DNA of 64,000 bases from the NCBI GenBank assembly GCA_964016885.1, contig OZ024740.1, forward strand, positions 377,704,001 to 377,768,000. Direction: 5' to 3'. The position numbers and the translations under genes are program-made. This DNA comes from Eledone cirrhosa. Lineage: Eukaryota. The notes beneath the pieces are model-generated. The model was not told where the DNA came from. It did no database searches and worked only from the letters and a program-made list of their open reading frames with translations. This document shows positions 37,868 through 54,359 of the stretch, one piece after another (position 1 is the first letter of the stretch; every line of letters starts with the position of its first letter).

Positions 37868-38082
37868 ATAATTGTTTCTACTTTTGGCGCAAGGCCAGTT
37901 ATTACCCCAGTGTATTACTGGTACTTTATTTTATCGACCCCGTAAGGATGAAAGGCAAAGTTAACCTCGGTGGTATTTGAACTCAGACCATAAAGGGACA
38001 TAACTCTTTGCTGAAAAGCATGGCGTCCGACCCTCTCCCAATACTGCCAATCCACCACCCTCAGGCCAATCCACCACCCTCT
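37868..38082 (-). mobile_element. Full-length SINE with a duplicated 19-bp head
   Basis: Family core and tail. GCCAATCCACCACCCTC occurs twice. Confidence 0.75.
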
Positions 38083-38096
38083 TAAATTATATGTAC

Positions 38097-38168
38097 CTCC
38101 CCGGCGGGGAATCGAACCCCGGTCTCCCGCGTGACAGGCGGGGATACTTACCACTATACTACCGAGGA
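38097..38168 (-). tRNA. tRNA-Asp (GTC)
   Basis: TCCTCGGTAGTATAGTGGTAAGTATCCCCGCCTGTCACGCGGGAGACCGGGGTTCGATTCCCCGCCGGGGAG: 72 nt, full cloverleaf, intact A and B boxes. Confidence 0.96.
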
Positions 38169-38408
38169 TGTCCTTCATAATAATGTGATCATTGTGATGG
38201 TGATGATGATGTTAATTATGAAGTAGGAGGTAATATATTTCTATACATATCATTCTTTGATGTTTAATATTTTCAGTTCTGTAATAAGACGGTTTTTTAA
38301 TTAAGCGATTATTTTCACATTTGGACATATATTTATTATTTTTAAGCTCTCTTTACTATTAATTGAAATTGTTAGTTAGAAAAAAATGGAATAATAAATA
38401 CAGTTTCT

Positions 38409-38588
38409 ATTGTTTCTACTTTTGGCACAAGGCCAACAATTACCCCCCAATACATTACTGATGCTTTATTTTATCGACCCCGTAAAGATGAAAGGCAAAA
38501 CTAACCTCGGCGGGATTTGAACTCAGAACGTAAAGAACCATAACTCTATGGTTAAAAGCATGGTGTCTGACGCTCTGCCGATACCGCG
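38409..38588 (-). mobile_element. SINE copy
   Basis: Family core and tail. Confidence 0.72.
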
Positions 38589-38907
38589 AGTTACCTCTAA
38601 CTGAGATAATCCAGGCCATTAAAATCAACAATCAGAGTATATAATTCTAATGAAACTAGCAGATCGAAATTTTCAGATAATCTAGATAATGTGAATCGTT
38701 TCATTTAGAATTTCGCCAACTAGTGAAAGCAACAGAGTTATTTCGGTCTTGTTAGACCTTTTCAGTGGCGCATATTTTTCTAAAAATGACCAATATATAT
38801 AGTAATAGACAAACAGCTAGGACGCTGGTTAATATGATTAACGGTGGCCAATATAGATAGAAAGAGAGACAAAAGAGTGACGCAGATTATAAAGATCAAT
38901 AATATAG

Positions 38908-38948
38908 TTCTACATACTAAATGCCAGAGTCCCATAAATAAAAGACTC

Positions 38949-39032
<84 letters not shown>

Positions 39033-39627
39033 TTTGAATCCCTAAAACTCGAGAAGTACCCAACCGATTTTTTCAAACTTTACATGTGTATTACTTATGT
39101 GTATTACTTATGTTCAGGGAGTGTTATGCACATAAAAAATTCAACTTTTTGATCTCCTAGGGCCCGCATTAGGTGAAAAACTGCGTTTTTTAAGCTTTTT
39201 ATGGGGTTTTTTTTAGGCGTTACGTCAGACCGATTTCCTTGAAATTGTAACTATGCATTAGTCAGTCTCTTCTTCATACCGTGAGCAAACAAAATCCAAC
39301 TTTTTTATGGCCTACGGCCCGCATTAGGTGAAAAACTTCATTTTGTCAATTTTTTAGGTCTTTTTGGAGGCGTTACGTCTAGCCGATTTTCCCGAAATTT
39401 CAAGGTATAAAATGCACATAAAAAAAATTTATTTTATGATCCCCTCGGTGAAAACCTGCATTTTTCCTGCTTCATCGAGGAAAATCTTAAAGATTATCCA
39501 GCCATCAGAGTATTCGGTTTATTTTCTTTACATATTGTCCAGGCATGCAGTTTTTCCATGATTAGGTCTGTTGTCGGTCCGCATTCCAAAATACCTTATC
39601 CCGTGCAACACTGGGTACCACTGCTAG
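38908..39627 (+). mobile_element. Non-autonomous Helitron-like element
   Basis: 5' TC start, internal (TG)n, internal duplication (about 39140-39250 vs 39295-39400), 3' hairpin CCCGTGCAACACTGGG followed by CTAG|T. Confidence 0.6.
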
Positions 39628-39879
39628 TATTTTATAAAAATCCTTTTTTTAAATGTTTTTCTCCTTTATTTCAACAATTACTTTGTCGGATTAAAGAAGA
39701 AAAAACGATTCTTTAAATATACTTGCGTGCTGCTTCCATCCTTACCTATTTTTCTATAATTTCTGTTTTGTATAGAACCTTACGCCCTTTTCAAATATAT
39801 ATATTTGTCTTGCAGCAACAGCGCAAATTTTCAAATGTTTTGGGTCTTTATGGACAGCTGGTTTCTAATTGCCACGGTT

Positions 39880-40795
39880 TTTTGCTGGTTGTTCCCATTT
39901 GCCTTTATCAATAGAGAAATCTTTCCCTTGAGTGCAGCTTAAGATGTCCTATGTTAAGTGGTGGAACATCTCCTCTCCGGAGCACTTCTATATCAAGGTT
40001 GCCGTTTGATGTTGAGGATCTTCCTCAAATAGCGCATGTAAAAGCTGTTCATTTTCTTTCTTGACCTGATCACACTGTTCAAATCTCACTTCCATAAAGA
40101 AGAGTTGAAAGAGCACATGCCTGGTAGATCGGAATTTTGAGCTTGTCATCCTTCCATGCCCTTTTGTTGAGTTTCACAAAGGCTACTGTAGCTTTGCCAA
40201 TTCTTCCGTTCAGTTCTTTATCTAGATCTAGCGGGCTAGATATTGTAGATTCTAAGTAAAACAAACTTATCTACTCTCTTCAGAGAGATTTACGATTGGA
40301 GCTTGATCTGTTCCTTGGCCTATCACCTCTGTCTTCTTGAAACTAATTGTCAATGCGAATAGACTGTGTGCTTTTGTTAAACTATCCACCAATTATTGAA
40401 GTGCAGCTTCGCTGTGAAGACAGCACCGTCAACAAAGAGTAATTCCTTAATCAGTACTTCAGTGGTCAGTCGTTTTGGTTTTTGCCTACACAAATTGAAT
40501 AAGACCTCGTTCTAACATAGATTCCATTTTCACTTTCCCTGAACGCATGTCGAAGAAGGGTAGTCAAATATACACCGAATAGGGAGGGTGCGAGAACGCA
40601 TCCGTGTTTTACTCCTTTCTTGATTTCAAAGTACTCAAGTGTGCGCCCGTCGAATTGTATACAGACATACATATATTCATGGAAAGAAGCGACCAACCAA
40701 AGAAGAGTGTGGCGGGGGGGACAGCTAATGTTTTTCAAAACCTTGTAAAGAGCCTGTCTGCTGGCAGTATCGAAAGCGTTCTTGTAGCTATCGTA
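39880..40795 (-). mobile_element. RTE-BovB-like LINE relic
   Basis: FEIKKGVKHGCVLAPSLFGVY and FYLESTISS...RIGKATVAF...YQACALSTLLYGSE. Confidence 0.75.
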
Positions 40796-42102
40796 ATGTG
40801 AAAATCACACCTGTGGTTGAACGCACGTGTGTGTACCCATGTGTGTATATGCACACACACACACATATATATATATATAACTTCCACATTATGTGTTGGT
40901 TGATCTTTTCTTTGGTTTGTATCAAAACTATATACGTGTGTGTGTGTACCGCGATACTGCCGATAGAAACACTACACAGTTAGAATAAATAGACATGTTC
41001 AGTAGATTAAGTGAGTAATTGATTCTCTGGGTGCTGATAAGAAAATACTCTGTCTTTGTTAGATGACTTCTGTGTGGAGGATTATGCATAGTACAAAAGT
41101 ATTGGCCCCATCATTCTTGCCAGGAAAGGCTGTGTCATTTCATGAAAAGATATACGGGCATAAAATCTCAGTAAATTGGGCTTGTTTGAGAGGCAGGGAG
41201 AACAACTGTCTCCCTTACACTCGCACGATATGCACCTCTAACATCTCTGTAGACTTCTAACGAAATATGTTGTTATTGTGCGCAGAATGAATGTAAGTAT
41301 ATTTTATTTTTTACTATAGATTATCGTTCTTTTTGTCCGTATTATGTCTCAAGTGTGCAACTTGAACATTCTGTAAATCTGTCACTTTAGCTGGACACAG
41401 GTGAAGGTTCAATGTAAATCGTTTGCTGTGGTAGAATGGTTATTCGTTTACCAATTATCTTCTCATTTATTTCCATTTATTTTCTTTGAGTTATCACCAA
41501 CGTTGAAATGAACAAAATCACATAAAACTTTCATTAAAACTTCCCTTTACATGAAGACATGTAAACCATCTGACACACACATTATACACGCCTACCTTTG
41601 TACACATATACACACATATAATTTTACACACGCACACACATAAACTCTCGCCTATGCACGAAACTGGTAGAAAAATATAACTATAAACAACGACATAAAA
41701 AAGAAAAAAACAATAAAGACAGAAGTATTATATTCAGAATTTCAGAGTATGTTAATAAAAAAACTATCCTTAACTGACACGCCACATTTTTTCTTTCTTC
41801 TAAATCTTTGATAGAGATTTACAGAATAAGTTTCTATGTTGGTTGGTTTTATGCACCATTAAATCTAAAGCATCCTCTAGTGTATAACATAGTTGCAACG
41901 TGTCCGGTATATATCATATAACTACATAGACTTTAAATCAAGCTTAAATCCAGTAGAGGAAATTTGAGGGTTCCAACCAGAATCTGAAATAATATTTCAT
42001 TGAAAAATTTCTACAGTATTTTCTAGCTTTTGACAAACATCCCTTGTGATATCTTGTTTAATAAAATATTTCCTTGATTATTGTTACTATTCATGAATTG
42101 AA

Positions 42103-42240
42103 GCGGCGGGTTGTGGGAATCGTTAGAACATCGGATAGAATGCGTTGCGTTATTTTATCCGGCTCTCAACGCTCTGAGTCCAAAACGTGCCGAGGTCAAC
42201 TTTGCTTTTCATCCTTTCGAGATCGTTAAAAAAAAGTAGC
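42103..42240 (+). mobile_element. SINE copy (related subfamily)
   Basis: tRNA-like head plus GAGGTCAACTTTGCTTTTCATCCTTTCG core. Confidence 0.6.
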
Positions 42241-44074
42241 AAACCAGTACGAGAATAGATGTTTAGTTTATCTCTTTCTCTCCCGCTCTCTCTCCTTCTC
42301 TCTCTCTCTCTCATTCCCAAGAAAAATCGGCTATGTTCAGACCTGGAGAGGAAATAGTCTCCGCCAGGTTTAAAAAGCCCAAGACACGCTATATGTATCT
42401 ACGACTCAGTTAGGAGTTATGGGTTCAGGCCTACATACATATTCAGTTGGACTTGGTTCAAATCTAAAACACAGAGGAACATTATTAAAACCACAAAAGT
42501 CCCCCGGCGTGATGAACGGGATGTAACTAAATACCAAAGTATTTTGTTAAGTGCTTCACTGGTTTTACTATAATACATACACACATGTATTTGCATTGAA
42601 ATGGGGAGAGAATAGAGAATTAACGCAAACAAATGTTTTCAAGACGAACCGTGGGAAGTCTACCCACCCATTCTCTAGAACGGCAAGGAATACACGGAGG
42701 CTCTAGGTGGATTTGTTGAAAGACGTGGAAGAAAACCATCCATGATGTGTACTGACTGGGCAGAACAAAGACCGGGTAATGGTCTAAGTCGCGTATGTCT
42801 TTATTCCAACCTAAAATTTGGTGTATAGGTAGGATTTAATAAAGATGTTAATGCAAGGAAGGGCAGGGTCTTTTTTGTTGTTTTTTTCCTCACTTTTATT
42901 TCTCTGCCTGGTGGCTATACTGAATTGATTAGTGTAGTAGAGAAATATTGTAAATATACTCAATGAATAAAAATACATTTGATAAAATTAATGAAAAAGA
43001 TATTTAACTAAACAGCAACATAAAGCTTAATGAAAAACTACAAATAATATATACAAAGGGAGAAATAGAATTCCGTTTAAGAGTGAAATAGATTTAGATA
43101 ACTACTTGTTTCGCTATGTTTGCCGAATTGAAAAGAAATGAAAGATTCAGTAAAATGATCGAAAACGAAACAAAAATCTAATATATTATTGATTGAACTT
43201 TATTAATCTCAAGGAAATTTGCGTTTGCTATTTTTCCCTAAATATGAATTATTCATCAACAATGTTTCCTAAATTGGTAGAATTATAAGAGAGGGAAATA
43301 TCTATCAATATAATGTTTCACGGTGGCGTTACATTATGTAGAGTTTGACACAGAATATTGAAAGATAAATTTGATTGTATTTTGTTCTGTCAGAGCGTTA
43401 TCATGCTTGAATGAACATAAGCGATGCTATAAGATTAATCCAAAAATCCCCAGTCGTTATAATTTAGCATTACTTGAGTCTCGATTACAACATGTTTTAG
43501 ACAATGCTTTATATGGAATCAATGAGATGTCATTTCATGAACTTTGGGGACAAGATTTATGCTATTTTTCATTTATCTAATAAAGGTCAACTGCTGCTTT
43601 CAAAAATTCCTGCAGAACTATAAATTGAAATACTCAATAATCCATGTTGGGTTTCCTATAGCTTCAAATCTGCTAAAGTAATGTGCAGAGATAACTCAAG
43701 TCTTTATAAATTTGTCTCCAAAATCTTCTAGCATAGAAACAAGATTAAAACACAAAGCAATGAGTTTTGACATTTATAATTGACATTTTGGGTGAACTAG
43801 TATTATTATAAAATGCACAAAAACGAAATTTTTCACAAATATGGATAAATTCATTTAGCATACAATTAATTTTGTATAACAATACTAGCAGAGGCACTCG
43901 GCGTTGCCCGGGAATGAAATTGTTCCTTATATATTAGAAGAAAAAATCAAAATATGTTGTATAAAAATTTGTTATTCTAAATTAAATTTATTCTTCAATT
44001 GGGATACATGATGAAATCAATTCTGAATTCATAATACAAAAAAAAAAAATAATAATAATAATTATTATTATTAT

Positions 44075-44263
44075 TATTATTTCTACTTTTGGCACAAAGC
44101 CAGCAATTATCCCAGTGTATTACTGGTACTTTATTTTATCGACCCCGTAAGGATGAAAGGCCAAGTGAACCTCGGCGCGATTTGAACTCAGTCCGTAAAG
44201 GGGCGTAACTGTGCTGAAAAGCATGGCGTCTGACCCTCTCCCGATACTGCCAATCCACCGCCC
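44075..44263 (-). mobile_element. Full-length SINE inside an (AAT)n tract
   Basis: Family head, core and tail with AAT/ATT repeats on both sides. Confidence 0.8.
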
Positions 44264-44287
44264 TATAATAATAATAATAATAATATA

Positions 44288-44910
44288 ACAATTCTTAGTA
44301 CAAATGAGACATAAAGCACCAGACTCAGCTCTCAGAAAATTCGGATCCATAACATCCTGTTATATCGCTCAAATATTCAATTTTGTATTGTAAATTTTAT
44401 ATTCAAAAAAGAAAATGGTTATAAATGGAAGAAAACCCCTCTGTCTACACTATATAGAACAGCCAAATAACAGCAATTTCACCAACACCACAAACTAGAT
44501 ACACCACCTATCCCATCACCCCTCTGTGTACACTAAATACAAAAGCCAGATAACGGCAATTTCACCACCACCACCACCAATCCCAGCATAATAATAATTA
44601 TTATTATTATTGTATCTCAAGTTTTCTCAAAATGTTTAATTCAAATATTAAGAAAAATATGTCAACACATATATTAAACATACGCGACAAACCGCATAGA
44701 TACACTGATCAAACAAACGCTACTACTACAGTCTATTCAACAAAACTCAGTAACGACAACGCCATCATTATAGTTACCGCCGCTACCAATCCATCATTGC
44801 TACCACTATCCCATCACCGCCGCCACCACTCCTTCATTGCTACCACCACTATTCCCCCACTACCATCTGTTAACTTAAGAAAGGGGAAGGTGACGGTATC
44901 ATTAGACAAG
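44288..44910 (+). repeat. Duplicated block, copy 1 (paralog 49203-49820)
   Basis: Colinear similarity from ACAATTCTTAGTACAAATG to ATCATTAGACAA. Confidence 0.85.
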
Positions 44911-45092
44911 GGAGAGGCTAGCAAAAGATATAAATAGACTGACTTAGTGACTCGGTCAAACGTCAACGACTATGGCACTGCTGGCTCCCCTCTTCCCCAC
45001 CAACAATAGAAAAAGCCTCAGCACCACCACCGACATAGCCAACAACAATAACAGGCAACTTCAGCAAAAACTATATTATATTATTAATAATA

Positions 45093-49165
<4,073 letters not shown>

Positions 49166-49202
49166 GATAGAATTTTTAACATATTTAAATCATTTGTGAA
49201 AT

Positions 49203-49820
49203 AACAATTCTTAGTACAAATGTTACGTAAAGCATCCGGCTTGAGCCCCAAAAAAATTCGGACCTAAAATATATTGTTATAAGGCTCAAATATTCAACTT
49301 TGTATTGTACATTGTATATTCAAAAAAGAAAATGGCTATAAATGGAAGAAGAAGAAACCCCCCCTCCTCTGTCTACACTATATAGAACAGCCAAACAACA
49401 GCAATTTCACCAACACCAGAAACTAGATACACCACCTACCCCATCACCCCTCTGTGTACACTAAACACAACAGCCAGATAACGGCAATTTCACCACCACC
49501 ACAACCCATCTCAACATAATAATGATAATAATAATTACTATTATTATTGTCCCAAGTTTTAACAAAATGTTTAATTCCAACATTAAGGGAATTTATGTCA
49601 ACACATGTACGCGACTAACCCCATAGATTCACCGAACGGACATCAGTAACGACAACGCCATCACTACAGTCACCGCCGCCGCCGCCCATCCATCATTACT
49701 ACCACTATCCCATCACCGCCGCCACCACTCCTTCATTGCTACCACCGCTACCCCCCCCCCCCCCCCCCACTACCTTCTGTTAACTTACGAAAGGGGAGGA
49801 TGGCGATATCACTAGACAAT
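49203..49820 (+). repeat. Duplicated block, copy 2 (paralog 44288-44910)
   Basis: Colinear with copy 1. Confidence 0.85.
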
Positions 49821-49883
49821 ATTGATAAACAAGATTAATATTTAATTTTGGATCAGGAATGTTGGAGTCGAAAATGGCAAAAT

Positions 49884-50398
49884 GACTAAACGACTACAGA
49901 TTATTATTTCACCACCAATACCACCACCGCTGCCACGATGAAAACTCTGGTCAAATCGACTCAAATTTATACCCCAACTACAACACCATCACTACAGTAA
50001 TACGACCACATCACCACCACTACTAAACGACTACAGATTATTATTTCACCACCAATAACACCACCACTACCACGATGAAAACTCTGGTCAAATCGACTCA
50101 AATTTATACCCCAACTACAACACCATCACTACAGTAATACGACCACATCACCACCACCACTGCCTCAGTATCGCTACCGCCGCTATTCTCTCCCACTTCC
50201 TCCTACTAGTTGCTGCTAGCACAGCACCACCACCACATTGTAGAATTCCTACTAAAATAGGACACCATTACTACAGTAATACTACTACATCACCACCACC
50301 ACTGCCTCAGTATCGCTACCGCCGCTATTCTCTCCCATTGCCTCCTGCTAGTTGCTGCTAGCACAGCACCGCCACCACATTGTAGAATTCCTACTAAA
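49884..50398. repeat. Overlapping tandem duplications of about 140 bp, CAC-rich
   Basis: ACTAAACGACTACAG... at 49884 and 50021. CACTGCCTCAGTATCG... at about 50158 and 50300. Confidence 0.8.
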
Positions 50399-50669
50399 AA
50401 AGAGGAAGGCATCAAAATATATAGATAGACTCAAAAGAAAAAACAAAAATCAAAATCAAAGCAGCACAGCAACAACAACAAAAAAAAACAAAAAAAAAAA
50501 ACGTAATGAAATTAAGAATGAAGAGAGAAACAAACGGACGGACAGAGAAAGGAAGGGAAAAACTAAGTCAGACATTCGAACACTACATTACAATGAAACT
50601 TATGCTTATTTATTTTTGGGGTTTTTTCTGCCTGTTTGTTTGTTTGTTTATTTGTGTTCGTCTACAGCG

Positions 50670-53600
50670 TGATAATGCCACACAAGAGCCACGTGGAGCG
50701 ACGCAACCACCGGAGACGGTGAATCCACTGGTGGTTATGTAACCATACATTCGCCAATCCTCGATAAGAGTGTTTAAATGTCGAACCTAAACAGTTCGAA
50801 TAACGGTGAAATGGAGACTAGAACGTCATGTGACAGACTCTCACCCAACAGGTGTTCCCTGGCTCAGCAGCAGGGACCTGGCTGTCAACCAAATACTGCT
50901 GGTGTCGGAGGAAGAAGAAGAAGGAAAGGGACCAGAACCAACTGGACGAAAGAATTGAATAGAACTGTTATGCAATGTTACCTGAAAAGTAACCCCAAGG
51001 AGAGGGGCTATAGGAAACGGATGCATAACATCTGGAATGAGATTGGTCTATTTAAATTAGATGAACAAAAATTGGCCGGGCAGGCTCGGGTAATAAGAAC
51101 TAATGGGTGGATAAGCGAGCTGGAACTGGAGGAACTGAGCAGAGAGATTAGCTTGGAGATGGAGGGTGGAGTATGCCAGGCAAACGAGCCAGTGGGAAAT
51201 GAAGGTGAAGAGGTTGAGAGAATGGAGGAAACATCCGAAGCAGACAATGATCTGAATGCTGAGATAAATAATACCTGGAACAGAGATACGGCCACTGAGG
51301 AGATGAATGCTGACGGGCTAGGACAAGATTTGGTTGACATCCTAAATTTAGTGGTAGATGAATTGAACAATGATAGTGGGAGACCTATGAACCTAAGATT
51401 TGTAGACAGGAAAAAGTTAAAAGAAACAACGCCTTGAGGCGAGGAGCCTTCACCAGTGCAACAATATCCTCAAAGCAACAGCAAATACGGTGAGGAAACT
51501 ACTTGGTATAAAAGCGAGAGGAAACAACAAACAAGAAAGAGCAGAGCCTTGGTGGAAGAAACGACTGAGTGGTCAAATCAGGGAAATGAGAAATGACATT
51601 GGAAAGCTTGAGTCCCTACTGAATGGGGCACTAAAAAACATAGACACTAAAAATAGACTGGAAATAAAGTACAAAACTAGGAGGAAAAAGCTAAATATTA
51701 TCATAGAGGAACTGAAGCAACGCATTGTAGCAAAGAGTACAAAAATCAGGCGATACGAGAACAGAGTCAGTCAGTATAAACAGAACCGCATGTTCGACAA
51801 CAACCAGAAGATGCTGTTTGGACAGCTTGAGGGGAAAGAAAGAGGCAACGACTTGATCCCTGAGGCGGAACAAACTAAAACATTCTGGAGAGGAGTATGG
51901 GAGCAGGATGTTAGACATAATGACCAGGCAGTGTGGATTGAGACAGTACAGAAGGAGATCGGTGAACAGGCACACCAACAAACTGATTTGAGTATCACAG
52001 TTGAAACTCTTAAAGGGCAGGCCAAAAAACTAACCAACTGGAAATCACCAGGCCCAGATGGTGTGCAGGGGTATTGGATTAAAAATATAACATCCCTCCA
52101 CCCGAAACTGACAACCATGTTCAATGACTGCTTGATGTCAGGTGAGGTACCAGAGTGGTTGACAAAAGGTACCACAGTTCTGATAATGAAAGACCGAATC
52201 AAGGGTAATGATGTTACCAACTATAGACCTATCACATGTCTGTCCGTAATGTGGAAACTGTTGACGAGCATTATGTCTGTGGAAATCTACCATCACCTCC
52301 ACACAAACAACTTGTTACCGGACGAACAGAAAGGATGCCGAAAGAAGTCACGTGGTACAAAGGACCAGTTACTTATTGATAAGATGGTAATGGGGAATTG
52401 CAGGAGGAGAGACACTGATCTTACAGAAAGGCATTTGACATGGTGCCTCATTCTTGGATCACCAAAAGCCTGGAGATCTTCAAGGTGGTAGATAACATCA
52501 GACAGTTGTTGGGCAAGAGTATGAGGTCCTGGGAAACAGAGTTGACATCAACTGGAGAATCCTTGGGAAGCGTGAAGATCAAGAGAGGTATCTTCCAGGG
52601 AGATAGCCTGTCCCCTCTGTTGTTTGTCCTTGCCCTGATGCCCCTGACCAGTGTACTGCGAAACGTGAGAGCAGGATACAGGTTGGGAAAGGGATGGCTT
52701 ACCATCAATCACCTCCTCTTCATGGACGATCTTAAGCTCTTCGGGAAGAGTGAGAAGGAGTTGGATGTGCTTGTTGACACTGTCCGTATTTTCAGCAGTG
52801 ATATATGTATGCAGTTTGGTATTAGTAAGTGTGGAGTCATTGTGATGAGGAGGGGTAGGTTGAGCAGAAGTAACGGAATCCAGATACCAACAGGTGAGAT
52901 GATAAAAGAAATTGACTCTGAGGAAGGATACAAGTATTTGGGCGTTCTGGAGACTGATGGCATAAAGAACAAAAAAATGAAGGAATTGTTAAGAACTGAA
53001 TACATTCGGAGAGTAAGGAGCGTATTGAAGTCACATCTGAACAGCAGAAATGCCATAAGCGCAGTAAATTCCCGAGCTGTGTCTATTATTAGGTACAGTG
53101 CGGGAATTCTGAGATGGAATGTTGCTGAACAAAAAGAAATGGATAGGAAGACTAGGAAGCTATTGACTATCTACAACATGTTCCACAAGAGGAGTGATGT
53201 CGATAGACTCTACTTAAGGAGATCTGAGGGCGGAAGAGGTCTTATCAGCATAGAGGACTGTGTTCAGATGGAGAAAAACAACCTACACAAATACGTGACT
53301 GATAGTAAGGAGCCAATGCTCAGAACTGTACTGAAGGGGGGGACAATAGACCAGGGGATGTCCAAGGAGGAAATAACATCAAGGAGAAAGAGCAGCCTTC
53401 AGGAAAAATCCCTTCATAGTACCTTCTTTGAGAAAACTGAATTTAGAGATCCACAGACATGGAACTGGTTGAGAAGAGGAGACCTTAAAAAGGCTACAGA
53501 AGGAATGTTAATGGCTGCGCAGGAGCAGGCCCTCAAAACGAAGTGGTTGAAACACCATATTTACAAGGAGGAGGCTAGCCCACTGTGCAGGATCTGTGGA

Positions 53601-54261
53601 GAGAGAGAGGAGACTGTGGCTCACATTGTATCCGAGTGTAAACACCTAGCCCAGACCCACTATAAGGGCTGTAGACATGATGTGATGGGCAGGGTGATCC
53701 ACTGGCACCTGTGCAAAGTAAACAATTTACCACATTCTGAGAAATGGTATGAGCATAAGCCAGAGGCGGTGATAGAGAACGATCAGGTGAAGGTGCTGTG
53801 GTATTTTAGGATACAGACGGACAAGAAACTGGAACACAATAGACCTGACCTGGTGGTTGTGGACAAAGAAAAAAGATCGTGCCTGATTGTGGATGTGGCC
53901 TGCCCATTCGACACGAGAGTGCAAGAGAAGGAGAGGGAGAAAATTAACCGATACCAGGACTTAAAGTGGGAGGTAAAAAGGATTTGGAACTGCCATGAAG
54001 TCAAAGTGATCCCGATTGTCATATGCGCACTGGGGACTATCTCCAAAAGTTTCCAAGGATGGTTAAAGAAAATCGGCCCCTTCACGCTTTTTGGAACGCT
54101 TCAAAAGGCATGCTTGCTGGGAACAGCAAGAACCCTCCGATACGTCCTGAATATCTGAGGCTGCAGGTAGTGGCTTGATATTCATTCCAACAAACTTTCC
54201 AATTAACTAACATCAATGACTGAGACTCAAGGAGTCATAACAATAATAATAATAATAATAA
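50670..54261 (+). mobile_element. Second near-full-length R4/Dong-type retrotransposon of a different family
   Basis: ORF pieces 50778-51437, 51490-52491 and 52440-54158: WTKELNRTVMQCY, HLLFMDD, CRIC...HIVSEC, NRPD...IVDVAC...RYQDLK. (AAT)n tail. Confidence 0.92.
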
Positions 54262-54318
54262 TTGTTTCTACTTTTGGCACAAGGCCAGCAATTATCCCAG
54301 TGTATTACTGGTACTTTA
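54259..54318 (-). mobile_element. SINE 3' fragment, tail to tail with the Dong element
   Basis: ATTGTTTCTACTTTTGGCACAAGGCCAGC family tail. Confidence 0.65.
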
Positions 54319-54359
54319 ATAAACGAAAATATAAAACTTATCACTTTTATGAAGGGAGA

